Origin: Psammoneis japonica
Taxonomy: Eukaryota
Assembly: GCA_008632985.1 (NCBI GenBank)
Contig: QPGO01000144.1
Span: forward strand, 62,001 to 126,000
DNA: 64,000 bases
Reading direction: 5' to 3'
In this document: positions 11,978-24,978 of the stretch, in pieces
Layout: every line of letters begins with the position of its first letter
How positions within the stretch are numbered: position 1 is the first letter of the stretch
Translations under genes and position numbers: made by a program
The notes under the pieces: model-generated
The model's database searches: none
Told to the model about the DNA's origin: nothing
The model's input: the letters and a program-made list of their open reading frames with translations, nothing else

Positions 11978-14215
11978 TTAGGAGAGAAACAACTGGTTGC
12001 TGCTGCTTCCAGGAACAAACATTTGCAACAACCGATCCGTGGGACAAGAACTTTCGTCGTCCACTGTGCAAAACTTGTTGAACCCATCAAAGCACCAATC
12101 CTTGTCGGCCAGTCTTGTAAACAAAATGACAAAGCAGCCAATGGTAGCAAAGGCAATAATAGTGGCCAAAATGACAATCAAAAGAGATGCCCTTCCCGTG
12201 CGCTTAATGTAGCCATCAATCTTCTTCTTTCCAACGTAGGCGCCAATCAAACAGACAAAGAAATAAAAGACAGCGTAGGATACCGGGACGAGACCGGAAG
12301 TGACAAAAATCACGGCGACGCTCGAGGAGGTCAGGACAATCATGGTGGCTGTTGTCGCTGACGAGACGCGTGGATGAATGCCCATGACCAGCATGAGTGG
12401 TCCCAAAACCATTCCACCTCCAATGCCAATGAGCCCAGCGACAACACTGTTGTATGAGAAAGAGTTTGACAACCAAGTGCAAAAAATCGTCAGCGACGTG
12501 TACAAGAGAAAGACAGCATTCTTTCCAAGCCAGCCCGTTCTATTACTCACCCGGCAATGAAAGTAAAACACCCATAAAATCTAAGCGATTTCATGTCCCA
12601 AACTGGATCGTCGTGTAGGTAGGGGTATTCGACTGCCTCACGTTGAGCTTGTTTAATCATGAGCTTCCTTCCAAAGTAAAGGGCAAATCCGAAAATCCAA
12701 ACAAACTGAAGTACAATCAAGACCGCATACGCTGGAGAATCGCAAGTGATTCCAACCAAACTTTCCACGCCCTTGCCTCCCTTGAAGAGGGTCAAGAGGA
12801 ACAAACCAATCCACAAAATCAGTAACGCAATAATCTTTTCACGGGGAAACTGACGAGAATCGCTTTCGAGATACTCTTTGCGGAGTTCCAGTTTTTCGGA
12901 TTCCGACAAGGTGTCGTCGGCAGTGTCTTCTGTTGACATCTTGTCGTCGTCGTCAGAGGCATCCTCCGGCGCGTGCTCTTGCATCTTGGAGTCGTCAACC
13001 TCGATTTGCTCTTCGTCGTCCTTGACGACTCCCTCCACCAGTACGCCAGAAGCTTGGTTTTCCTCCCCAGAAAGCGATGAACTCGATGCATCCTCATCAG
13101 TACCAGATTCTTGGGGTGTTCCTTCCTCCTTGGCTTCCGGGTCGTCTTGCACCTTTTTGTCTTGTTGCAACTCTTCTTCTTCTTGTTCTTCTTCTTCGGC
13201 GGCGGCCGCTTCGGCTTCGGCTCGCTTGGCTCGTTCCGCCGCTCGAGTTGCAAAATACTTTTTATAAGTCTTATAAGACGTAAAGGACAAGACGAGACCG
13301 GCAATCAAAAGATACAACCAGTTGGGAAGTACCCTTTGGACAAGGACACCAAGCACAGCTCCCGCCATTTCCATGGGGGCCAGGTAAAGTGCCTGTTAAA
13401 AGTTATAAGCAGTTTCAATGAGAAAGAGGGTTAGACTAGGAATATCCGTGACGATACCCAAACAAAACAACAAACTCATTCAATGCCAACATACCATATC
13501 GTATGAAATGAGCGGACGGGTATAAAACTTGTTTCCCTTTTGTAAATACTCCTCTTCTTCGACTTCAGTGATTTCCTCTTGAACGTGAATACGCTTCTCT
13601 TCATCGTAATGGCCCTTGTCGCTACGAATCTTGTTGTTGGGATGCCGATTGCGAGAATTGAGAAACAAACCACCTAAACTGGCCCCAAAGATACTCGCTT
13701 GCGACAATCCTGATGCCTGTTTGGGTGAGAACTGAAACAAGAGAATACCCAGCGGCACGTAAATGCCACCACCTCCCACACCGCAAGCGGTCGCAACACC
13801 CGCCGTGATGAACCTGTAGGATTGAAAAAGAGGAAGCGAGGTATATAATGTTAGCAAAGAAGGATAGGTAAACTAGAAAGCAACTAGAGAATTTCTAACG
13901 CCAGACATACCATACAACCATACCAACCAAATCGTTCCAGAGGTAATGATAATGGTTCTCGAAATCGTTCGTATCCGTGTTGTGCTTGCGAAAGAGCTTA
14001 CGATCAATGCACATATCATGCACGATATCCGTGGATAGGAATCCGGTGCAATCCAAACAGTCCGAGACTTGCATACCCCCACAATTGGGGCACGTATAGG
14101 TAGTTCCCGTGGTGCATTTCGAGTCTCCTCCCGACGTCACCTGAAACAAAGAACAAAACAACAAGAGCGCAATCCAAGCGATGCGCTTATTGGCAGAGAA
14201 CCTCATTGTTCTCAT
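11978..14215 (-). CDS. TauE/SafE-family (sulfite exporter-like) membrane transporter, 4 exons
   Basis: GVGGGGIYVP and GLIGIGGGMVLGP motifs, multiple TM helices. GT-AG introns at ~13910-13814, 13494-13393 and 12550-12447 keep the frame. Confidence 0.88.
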
Positions 14216-15053
14216 TGTATTCTTTTTTATGAGAATAGAATTGATGTCAAATCAGAGAGAGAACAGAGTACTCGAGCAAATGAGACAAAAGTGGTATCCC
14301 CCTCGTGTCTTTTGATGGAATGCAGCTGTTGTTGCGGCCAAAGACTTATGCCGTGCCGGTATTGAGTTTGTGCGTTATGTTCCGTGTTGCGGTTTTCAAC
14401 GCTTCGTTTTCGCGATGCCTGTGTTGGTTTTCGTACATGTTCTACGTGTGACGTGATGGATTGAACATCGCACGAATAGTTTCAATCACCAACTAAGGGG
14501 CTGAATATTATATTGAAATTTCTAATTCTTTCGCTCGCACATCCCAACCTTACCAGACATCATGAGCATATTCTACCTGCTGTTTTGGGTTTGGTCGGTC
14601 GCTGGATGGATTGTTAATACAGGAGTTGCAGTGCAGAGAACAGACAAACACCGGTTGACGGTGCCGAGAGACAACCAGCCAGCTACTCACTCATGCTCCC
14701 AACGGTGGCACATGAGACCTTTTCGAGGGGACCATGGCAACCTATCTCGATCGAGTCGAGCAAGAAAAACAAACCAGTAAAGGAATGGACTACTATTCAG
14801 GATGATATTCTACTTCCCTGGAATGGCTCAACCTTCAATCTGCGGGGGTCCGACGACACAGAACACGAGGCCCATGCTGGAAACCATCAGAGCTGCGAGC
14901 ACGACTCAGTAGGTCTATATTATGCACTTTCAGGGTTAGGAATGTAACTCTCAGGTAGGAGCAGTTGCAGTCGACTTTTTGGCTCGTTTTGATAATCCGG
15001 CGTATCAAAGAGTAATCGATATGAGGAGAACCGTCTCGTTGTATAGCATGCAA

Positions 15054-15362
15054 TGGACGTGTGACGCATCCCTTGGCCGAATGCGCTCAAGCGATCTACA
15101 AAGCCAAAAATAGCTCATGAGTTTGCACCACGTGTGTGGGTTGGAGAGTACCAATGTGTGCCTATCACACTTTCATGATACATGGATGCTCTTTTATCGT
15201 GACTTAAATGCTGTGGACGTGACGCATTCCTTGGCCGACTGCACTCAAGCGAACTGCACAACCAAAAAACTTCGTGAGTTTGCAGTTTGCACCACGTGTA
15301 CGTCGGAGAGTATCTGAACGTGTGCCTGTCTACATCATTAATAATTCATCGTGACTAATGCC
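15054..15362 (+). repeat. ~155-bp tandem duplication, intergenic
   Basis: Two diverged copies beginning tggacgtg(tg)acgcat.ccttggccga and ending atcgtgact(t)aa(a)tgc. Confidence 0.75.
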
Positions 15363-15658
15363 ATCTCCAACAACGATAGATTCTCTGCACCGAGGCAAGA
15401 AGTAGAGATAGCACAGCTAAGGCCACTTTGTTAGAAGATTCTGTTCTCTAAGCTTCTGTAAAACACAGTGTCAAAGAAATGCTGCTCTCGTTAAAACTAA
15501 AAGCAACCTATAATATATATAATATATGGCACGTGTTAAAATGTATTGAACATGTACAATCCCAAATGCAGATCATCTTCCAAAGACGTCGTAATTGTGG
15601 GATGCGTCCGAACTCAGACGGCAACGGACTAAGCAATAGAAAATGCGTCGTGCATTTT

Positions 15659-18600
15659 CTACCTCCAATCGCTTCCGTGTTTCATTGCCTTCTTGCTTTC
15701 GGCGGGAACAGTTGCAATGAATCGCGTCACTTCAGTGCCTGCGAATTCGCTGCCCTCGACGATAAATCCACTTGGCACATCTTCTTCCTCTGCAACATAT
15801 ACCTGGTAAAACCCACGCCCATCTAAAGATGATATGGAAAAGCCGCAAAGTGAGTTCTCTGTTCAACAACAGCAGCAGCGCAGCAAAAACATTGAGCGGA
15901 TCACGTACCAACGCAACACAGCCCGTCTTCAAAATAATCAAATATAGTAAAACTACAGTCTGCACCTTCCGGGACATAGTGCGTTTCGGAGATTAATCCC
16001 CCCTGCCGTTCTGCGTATGTAGCGACTGCACGTAAAACAATTGTCTCGTTGTTACAACTCAGCGTCCAGCCGGTTTCCTCGGGAGCATTGTCCAGCTTAA
16101 TGACGATAGTAACGGGGGCCATATCTTCAGCCATTGTCGGAGCGGCAGTTGGTGCCTTGGGTTCATCGTCTTGTTTGTCATCTCCTCCTTTGTTGTGAGT
16201 CAATATCACAGCAAGAGCGACGACTATAGGAATAACAAGAAAGAGGACAGCAATCCATCTACACCATCGTCGCCGTTTTGCATCTTTCCTGCTGCTGACC
16301 CATGTTGCCCATAGGAAAGAATGTTTCTTTTCTTCTACCAGCTTGTCTTGCTGCTCCGCACTTTGCTCCGCAGCAGACACGACAACTGCTTCCGCATCAA
16401 TGAATGCCGCATTTTCATTTTCTTCCATAGATCCTGAGGAACTCGAGTCTGAATCGGACTCGTCACTACTACCATCGTCGTCCTCGTAGCTTGATTCATC
16501 GGACCCGCTGCCCGATTCTTCGTCTTCTTGAATCTGGTCTTCAAGCGGTGAAAACATATCCTCTTCTTCACTGTCATCGTCTTCGTCCGTCTCTTCATCC
16601 TCATCTTCAAATACCTCAAGCGGATCGTTGTTAATAGCACCTATTGCATACGCACCGGGTGACCTAAATCGTTCGTCCTGTGGAGTGACTCGAATCTTAC
16701 TCACACGTTGCATTGACGGCTGGAGTGGCATTTGTGGGCGTATTGCAACAGGGGGGGGAGCCGAGGAGTCTTCGAAATCATCATCATCCTCGTATTCATC
16801 TTCATCGTATTCATCGTCGTATTCATCGTCATCTTCAGAATCGCTGTCTTCGTTAATGGAATCCAAGGATCGGCCCGTTTGCAACGCAGATGGCCCATAA
16901 TTGTCATCGTCATTTGACGCGGAATATGCAACGCTTCTTCCAGTAGAAGGAGTGACGCCCAAAATTTCATCAGCCAGTTGCTCCGCTTCTTTCATTTTCT
17001 TTTTCATCAACGCGTCTTTTTCTTCTTGACTAATGTTGCTTATTCCATAGTACGAGCCGGATTTGTTGAGATTTGCACCATCGCCGTGAGGGTTTTCCTG
17101 AGGAAGTGATTTAGAGGATGCCGTGACGCCCATTCGCTCATCTGCTAATCGATCGGCATCCTTAATTCTTTGTTTTGCAAGCTCATCCTTTTCGTCTTGA
17201 GTCAGTTTCTTGGGAGGCGCCTTTTTCATAGCCGGAGCGACAGCACCCATGCGTTGATCCGCGAGTCGATCAGCCTGCTTAATTCGCTCTTTAGCCAATT
17301 CATCCTTTTCCTCCTGAGTCAGTTTTTTTGAAGGCGCCTTTTTTATAGCCGGAGCGACAGCACCCATGCGTTGATCCGCGAGTCGATCAGCCTGCTTAAT
17401 TCGCTCTTTAGCCAATTCATCCTTTTCCTCCTGAGACAGTTTCTTCGGCGGCGCCTTCTTCATGGCCGGAGCGACAGCACCCATGCGTTGATCTGCAAGG
17501 CGATCCGCCTGCTTAATTCGCTCTTTAGCCAATTCATCCTTTTCCTCCTGAGTCAGTTTCTTCGGCGGCGCCTTTTTCATGGCCGGGGCGACAGCACCCA
17601 TGCGTTGATCCGCCAATCGATCCGCCTGCTTGATTCGCTCTTTCGCCAATTCATCCTTTTCCTCCTGTGTCAGTTTCTTAGGAGTCGCCTTTCTCATAGA
17701 TTGGGATACTGCACCCATGCGTTGGTCCACGAGTCGATCCGCCTGCTTAATTCGCTCTTTAGCCAGTTCGTCCTTTTCTTCCTGGGTAAGCTTCTTCGGA
17801 GGCGCCTTTTTCCTAGCCGGAGCGACACCCATGCGTTGATCTGCAAGTCGATCTGCCTGCTTTATTCGCTCTTTAGCCAGTTCATCCTTTTCCTCCTGAG
17901 TCAGTTTCTTTGGGGACGCCTTTTTCATGGATCGGGATGCTACGCCCATGCGTTGATCCGCGAGTCTATCCGCCTGCTTTATTCGCTCTTTAGCAAGTTC
18001 ATCCTTTTCTTCTTGAGTCAGTTTCTTTGGGGACGCCTTCTTCATAGATGGGGATGCTACGCCCATGCGTTGATCCGCGAGTCGATCCGCCTGCTTAATT
18101 CGTTCTTTAGCAAGTTCGTCCTTTTCCTCTTGAGTCAGTTTCTTCGGCGGTGCCTTTTTCCTAGCCGGAGCGACACCCATGCGTTGATCTGCAAGTCGAT
18201 CTGCCTGCTTTATTCGCTCTTTAGCCAGTTCATCCTTTTCCTCCTGAGTCAGTTTCTTTGGGGGCGCCTTTTTCATGGATTGGGATGCTACGCCCATGCG
18301 TTGATCTGCGAGTCGATCCGCCTGCTTTATTCGCTCTTTGGCAAGTTCATCCTTTTCCTCCTGAGTCAGTTTCTTTGCAGGCGCCTTTTTCTTGGCCGGG
18401 GCGACACCCATGCGTTGGTCGGCAAGCCGATCAGCCTGTTTTATGCGCTCTTTCGCCAGTTCATCCTTCTCGAGTTGGGTAAGCTTCTTAGGAGGTGCCT
18501 TTTTCATGGATTGGGATATTGCACCCATGCGTTGGTCCGCGAGACGATCAGCCTGCTTTATTCGCTCTTTTGCCAGTTCATCCTTTTCCTCCTGAGTCAG

Positions 18601-18981
18601 TTTCTTTGAAGGCGCCTTTTTCCTTGCCGGGGCCACACCCATGCGTTGGTCGGCAAGCCGATCCGCCTGCTTTATGCGCTCTTTGGCCAGTTCATCTTTC
18701 TCGAGCTGAGTTAGTTTCTTCGGAGGCGCTTTTTTCATAGATTGGGATGCTACGCCCATGCGTTGATCCGCAAGTCGATCCGCCGCTTTGATTCGCTCTT
18801 TCGCCAGTTCATCCTTCTCGAGCTGGGTCATCTTTTTTGCAGGTGACGAACTAGCAGCTGCAGCGCCCGACGCTGCAGTGCTTCGCTTCTTCTTTTTCTT
18901 CTTCTTGCTGCTGCTGCTACCGGTGCGTGAAGGACCATCAATGCGCTTTCTATCGATTTCATCCGTTTCCAACGTCGTCAT
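15659..18981 (-). CDS. Single-pass membrane protein with 15 tandem 38-39-aa repeats and a small C-terminal extracellular domain
   Basis: Repeat KKLTQEEKDELAKERIKQADRLADQRMG(VA/AV)...KKAPP, acidic linker, PGAY motif, TM (IAVLFLVIPIVVALAVIL), PTAAPT stalk, domain LDNAPEETGW...DGLCC. An intron at ~15908-15823 joins DGRGFYQVYV...GSEF. Confidence 0.8.
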
Positions 18982-19016
18982 GGTGATTTGGATACAAGTG
19001 TGGTGTTGTAGTGATG

Positions 19017-20410
19017 ACAATGGACTATGACTCTTTCCGGTTAGGTCGTGTGATTTGGCTCGACAGAAATCAGTAGTCTAAGCAGCAGAAGAAACGCACG
19101 TAAAAGTGGGGAGATAGAAAGCTCAAACGGGACGGCATTTCAGTGACCATTTTTGAGTTTCGGTCATTGCAAGTGTTGCTATTTATGCCTAGAAGTCATT
19201 TCTTTGTTGTTTTCTTTGGTACATTAAGAATGTATTTAAATGTCGTTTTTGACGCTATGACCATAGAGGCATAAATACCGCCTCAATCGATTCGTGCGCG
19301 TTGATGACTGCCGAAAATCGAGGATCACGCAAGCAACAGCAATCTTTCGCGCTGTAGAGTCATTTACGTAGAAATGTGTAGAACAGTACCAAGATAATTA
19401 CTGAAAAGTCTGTCTGTCTGTCCTTAGTGAATTTTAACTTCGCGAAAAATGGACTTGACTGTTTTCTGATCAGGTGTATTTTTCTTCAACACATTTGCAA
19501 AAATACACCTGACCCGACAACAGTCAAGTCTATTTTTGCACAAATTGTGTGAACATAACAGTTTCAGTACAAAAACGTGTAGATTCCACAGGCGTCCACA
19601 ATTGTTTTGTGCTTTTTTTCACATTGCGGGTCATTTTCGAAAGACTCCCATTGAACGCCGTCAAACTCTGTGTTCTCTAAGGCAGGGTCCTGCCTTGTGT
19701 CTACATGCATCTTTCCAAGAAAGCTGTCAGCAGTGGCACAGTCTCTCAGCAGAACTAAATGGAGGCAAGTCTGGACACCTGCCGAGAGACTGGCGAGCTT
19801 GTGGCAATGCTGGCAATGCAGAAAAATGTGAGGCAGCGCGGGGTTGGCATGCAGCTCCAGCAGCGGCAATGGACTGTGATTCTTTCTGGTTGGGCCATGT
19901 GATTTGGCATGACAGAAATCAATGAGAGCAGAAGAAACACACGCAAAAGTGGGGCAGATTAGAAAGCTCAAACGGGGCAGCATGTTTCAGCAACCATTTT
20001 TGAGTTTCAGCCATTGCAAGTGTTGCTGTTTGTGCCTGAAAGTCATTTCTTTGTTGTTTTCTTGGGTGCATTGAGAACGCATTTAAATGTCGTTTTTGAT
20101 GTCATGACCACAGAGGCACAAACACCGCCTCAATCAATTCATGCGCATTGATGACTGCCGAAAATCGAGGATCATGCAAGAGCGCCGACAAACCACCACA
20201 CAAAACTCTGTTCTCCAAAAGGCAGGGCCCTGCCATGTGTCTCCATGTGTCTTTCCAAGAAAGCTTTCAGCAGTGGCACAGTCTCTCAGCAGAACTGAAT
20301 GGAGGCAAGTCCAGACATTTGCCGAGAGAGACTGGTGAGCTTGTGACAATGCCGGCAATGCAGAAAAATGTGGGCAATGCGGGGTTGACATGCAATTTCA
20401 GCAGTGGCAA
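19017..20410 (+). repeat. ~530-bp tandem duplication (19017-19866 with MITE; 19867-20410)
   Basis: Both units start caatggact.tga.tctttc.ggtt.gg and end gca..t.cagcag.ggcaa. The second unit is heavily TA->TG/CA mutated. Confidence 0.9.
19334..19653. mobile_element. MITE, CAATGG-TIR family, with internal palindrome
   Basis: Termini caacagcaatctttcg / cgaaagactcccattg. Absent from the sister duplicate. Homologous to 26978 and 36100. Confidence 0.8.
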
Positions 20411-20811
20411 AATCGAGACTTCGCATCGAGCAGGGTTTCCAGACAAACAAAACTTGTTGCGTGCAGTGGCAACTGCTCGCAATGTTAAGAGAGAAAGAAG
20501 ACAATCGCCAGGGGTGGTGGAATCCCCCATCTAATGCGATTTATTTTTTGATTTTTTGGTTCGGCGCCGATTAGGGGGACTAAAATCTAATCTTTTATAT
20601 GCAACCACCAATTTTTATTAATACAATAACTTACGTGGATGACGTAGCAATACAGTACCAGTGTTCCTGTAGCACTTACGTCGACGGCCGATTTATGCCT
20701 TTCAAAACCCTTCAATTCTGAATACTTTATTCAGATTCAAACAGGCTGTCGCGAGTTGGTGCAGAACAACACAAAACGGCATCACTTCTCCAGCGCTCTC
20801 TTCCCCGCACC

Positions 20812-21786
20812 ATGGCGAGCACAACTCCCACACCGTCACCGACTACCGTCAATGAGAGTAACCAGTCACCGGCTCCATTATGGCTACAGGACGTTGCGGT
20901 GATCAATACCGCTTCAACAACGACGACGAGCCCGTCTCCGAACTTCAATCAAGTCGGAAAGTTTGAAAATGATAAGGTCTCTGAAGAGAATCACGACGAA
21001 GACAAGAACAACACTCAAGCTGGAGTACTCCACAGCGCTATCAGCTACACACCGAAAACAGTCTTGGCGGAAGGCCATGTTCACTTGAAGGGCTCTGGCA
21101 AGGACTGGTTCGGTTCGAGATCCTGGAAAGCTCGCTACGCGAGATTGGTGGTACGTAGGGTTTAGTATTGTTTCTACGGCCCAGTTTTGAATTTCTGTAC
21201 GTCTCATTTTTTCTGCTCACTTTTTTGCTTCAACGCAAAACAGCTGGCAGACGTTCAGGGAGTTGAAGCTCCGCTCCTCTTGATTTACTGGTTCCAATCG
21301 TCTATCGAACCGTCCACGGTAATCACATTGGATTCAACCGTGGTACTTCCCGTTGAAAAAGACGATCAAGACGCATGGAATGCACACTGCCTGGAAATCA
21401 TTCACGTCACGTCTCGTGGAGAACAACGTGTCACTCGCACCTTTACGGCTGGAACCAAAGACGCTCGCGATACATGGCTGCTTGTATTGAATCAGTGCCT
21501 CCTGCAGTACGAAAAGAGCAAATCCCATCGCAACAAGGAGAACAAGAAGAAGAATACTGCGAGCAATACACTCGCTACGACAACATTACAGCGGCTGCAT
21601 TCACCGCCCAAGTCTCCTGTAGAACGATTTGCGGACGACATGTTCCCATCCGCAAAGCAGGCATCGAAACTATCTACACCGACCTTCTCGCCACCAATGA
21701 GTCCTAGATCCTCGTCGTCCGAGAAGCTACCCCTTCCCCGCAGCAGTAACACCGACACACTCGCCGGTGAATCGTTGGTTGCTTAG
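20812..21786 (+). CDS. Pleckstrin-homology (PH) domain protein, one intron ~21151-21243
   Basis: EGHVHLKGSGKDWFGSRSWKARYARLV...LLIYW...HCLEI...FTAGTKDARDTWLLVLNQ is the PH pattern. Intron gtacgt...cag. Confidence 0.8.
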
Positions 21787-22365
21787 CCGGAGGATGATCC
21801 AACACAGTGTGTGTGTGGCAGTTTTCTGTCGCTGTTTTCCTCTTGTGTATCCGTTACTTGCACGTGATATATACTGGGCTGTCTGTTTCTCTACCAAGTC
21901 AAGAAATAATGAAGTATCATCAGGAGTAGTAGAGCTATGTATGCTGTACTTTTGCGCCACGAATCGACCCGATTGGATCGATCGATTCTGTTTTGGCAGC
22001 AAGCATTTTTCCCCTCTTCAACCTTTCTATAGTTCATATATGTTTACACCATTCCTTCTTTAGCTATTTACATGATGTGTATTTTGTTATCATGGCTGGT
22101 CGACACAAAATCGAACGAAAAAAAAATGAGGCTCGCTCGATCGCGGCTTCCTTTTTTCGAAATGATTCAATACTTTCTACAAGTCCCGATGATTGAATTT
22201 TATATATATTGTAATTCATTAATATCGAACATTCATTTCGCGCTAAAATTTCGAAGTGATGCTCACGCGCTCACGCGATTGACGGCTGACTTGCGACTTT
22301 TCGCCACTTCACCCTCTCAGCTTCTCGCACTCACTGTGTTATTTCAGTCAACACCTTTCAGCAAC

Positions 22366-23737
22366 ATGGGCAAGACACTGGAGTCTTTGGATCGCCGTCA
22401 GAATCCTGAATCGTCGGGTCCTATTGACGTGGATTATTTTCTGTCCGTGGATGAGGATAACAACGGCAGTTTTATGTTACAAAAAGTGAATGACGAAAAC
22501 AACAACAACAACAAGTCATCCACAACAGGCTCGACTCCTCGCTCGTCGCTGTTTCAAGAACTTTACGATTATGTCAAGAATCGTAGTTGGAAAAAGAAAT
22601 TATTGACTGCCATTTTAATTGTGGTGTGCGTCGTGGTGTTTATGGATTTAATTTTTGGTAATGTCATTCGAACCTGGATCAGTTCGTTTCTCGAATGGAT
22701 GAGCGCAAATTCGGTCCTGGCGGTCCTTGCCTTTATCGGGATTTTTATTGTATCGACACGTAAGTTATATATATTCGAATGAAAAATCTGTTTGTCAAGC
22801 AAAGAGAATACAGTATGGCTAACTCACCTTCATAACTTCTTCTTGCATACAATAACAGTAATTTTCATCCCTCCCTCGATTCTGATTTTTGGTGCTGGAT
22901 TTTGCTTTACCGAATCTTCAGATGGTCACATTATCATGGGTATATGTTCAGCAACGATTGCGTGCTTTTTAGGCTCGTGCATTGGTGCTCTGATTGCCTT
23001 TTTTCGGGCGCGGTACATGATGAGAGATTTGATACACTTGTTTGCTCGACGCTATCCCCTGGTGCGAGCCTACGATAAGGCCTTTAAACGGAATGGATTC
23101 CGAGTCATGGCGCTTTTGCGATTGTGTCCACTAATTCCCTTTAATGCGCTCAATTATATTGGTGGTATTACCGGCGTAAAGTGGGAAGAGTTTACCTTGG
23201 CATTGATTGGAACTTTGCCATGGATTATTCTCATGGTGACGATTGGAGCTACAGCCGGAAGCTTGGCCACGGCAGAGGCCAATGCTGCGTCTGTCAACAA
23301 TAACAATGATGATGACAAGGCAACTTTTGAAGAATGGAGTGAGCATCATCAAGTCATTGCATCCGTCTTGGTAGGCGCAGGACTGGCGAGTGGCGTCATT
23401 GCAATGATTGTTGTGTGGTACTTTGCCAAGAAGGAATTGCAAAAGGTACGTGTCGTTTTCTCATCATTTTGCAATGAGAAACAGCTCTCGACTTAAGGTT
23501 TGTTTTTTACTTTGGTCTCTTTAGGAAATGGACAGTGACGACAAGACAGACGCGATACAGGAAGTCACAGACGTAGCTCCTCCATCAACTCCACAGGATC
23601 AAGACTTGGATTCCATTGAAGCCAATAGGAGCGGTACGGTACATTACAATGCTTCAGACGATGAGAAAGATGGAGTCGAAACTAGCTTTCAAGAAGGAGT
23701 GGACGATGAAGAATGGTTTTGGGTTTGGACTGCCTAA
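22366..23737 (+). CDS. TVP38/TMEM64 (SNARE-associated/DedA family) membrane protein, 2 introns
   Basis: FIPPSILIFGAG, GALIAFFRARY and LLRLCPLIPFNALNYIGG motifs. Introns at ~22760-22858 and 23446-23524. Confidence 0.88.
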
Positions 23738-24184
23738 GCTTGTTCTTGTGCCAACAACAATAGATACAGCTACAGTATCAGTTACTGTAACTACTTTAGA
23801 TGCAATCTTATTTCTAGCGGCAGTGTTTCGATCTTTTCTAAAGAATGTAAAACCTTTATCTGCTGCGGGATCTCTTTCAGTCAGATGTCACTACCGTACA
23901 TGTAAGCTATCGTGTACCGGTAGTCTATTGTTGAAAACCCAGCAAAGGAAACGCTGGGCACTGCGTTGTGCACTCCCTATCCCTTATCTGATCAAATCAT
24001 TGGCACACATCACGCACCTCTGCGAAGTACACGATGGGGATGCATTTCGAGGTCAGAGTTCAGATTTCAGCGATGATTATTGACGTCAGATACTAGAGCT
24101 CAGAGCTCATCTCATCGTTGCGCTTACCCGGTTAAAAAAGACAGGCTCAGGAATAGGGTCCGCTGCATTTTTTAGAAACGAAAT

Positions 24185-24913
24185 ATGTCTCTTTTTGTGC
24201 GAATTTTCGTGTTGACACTGGCGCTCTTGTGTTCGCAAGTGCTCTCTTTTAATGCGGGTATGAATGGAATTCGTCCTTCAGTTATTTCTTTAAGAGCAAG
24301 TCCCCCACTCCCAAACTTTTGTTCGGAGTGTGGACAAGCATCCATGGAGTTACGAATCCCCGATGGTGACGAGCGAGAACGAGCTGTGTGTGCCGCTTGC
24401 GGTCGAATCGAGTACACCAATCCAAAAGTGGTGGTTTCCTGTGTCGTAAGGACAAACGACAAACACATACTACTTGGAAAGCGAGCGATTGAACCACGAA
24501 AGGGTTATTGGGGAATACCGCAGGGTTTTCTAGAACATGGAGAGACGACTCGACAAGCCGCTGCCCGAGAAGTACGAGAAGAGACGGGAGCTGTTGTATC
24601 GGATCTAGAGTTACGAGCCGTCTACAATGTACCTGGGTCGGTTCAGATTGTCTACGAAGCAACTGTGGATGAAGAGGTTGCTCAAAATCAAATTGCATCA
24701 TCTACTGCAGAATCGTCCGAAGTAGCATTCTTTTCACCCGAAACCGTACCATACGATGAACTCTGCTTCCCGACCGTTCAATGGGCTTTAGATCATTGTG
24801 TTTCAATGGAGAAGAGCGAATCAACTCCACATATTCAACAAAAGACGAAGTTCTACGATGCTAAACTTGACTTGTGGAGTGAGTCTGAGGACGAACCACC
24901 AAGAATTTCGTAG
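24185..24913 (+). CDS. Nudix hydrolase with N-terminal zinc ribbon (NUDX23-like), probably plastid-targeted
   Basis: FCSECG...C.ACGRIEYTNPK zinc ribbon and Nudix box GFLEHGETTRQAAAREVREETG. Signal peptide followed by S-F. Confidence 0.9.
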   Translation: MSLFVRIFVLTLALLCSQVLSFNAGMNGIRPSVISLRASPPLPNFCSECGQASMELRIPDGDERERAVCAACGRIEYTNPKVVVSCVVRTNDKHILLGKRAIEPRKGYWGIPQGFLEHGETTRQAAAREVREETGAVVSDLELRAVYNVPGSVQIVYEATVDEEVAQNQIASSTAESSEVAFFSPETVPYDELCFPTVQWALDHCVSMEKSESTPHIQQKTKFYDAKLDLWSESEDEPPRIS

Positions 24914-24978
24914 CTATTGCAAGTCAAAGTGAAGACAAATCAAGATGACTAGCTATAGGTCGCATACGATACTGCTCC

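Noticed and set aside
17371..18609. 412-aa antisense ORF
   Set aside because: It is the shadow of the repetitive sense-strand gene.
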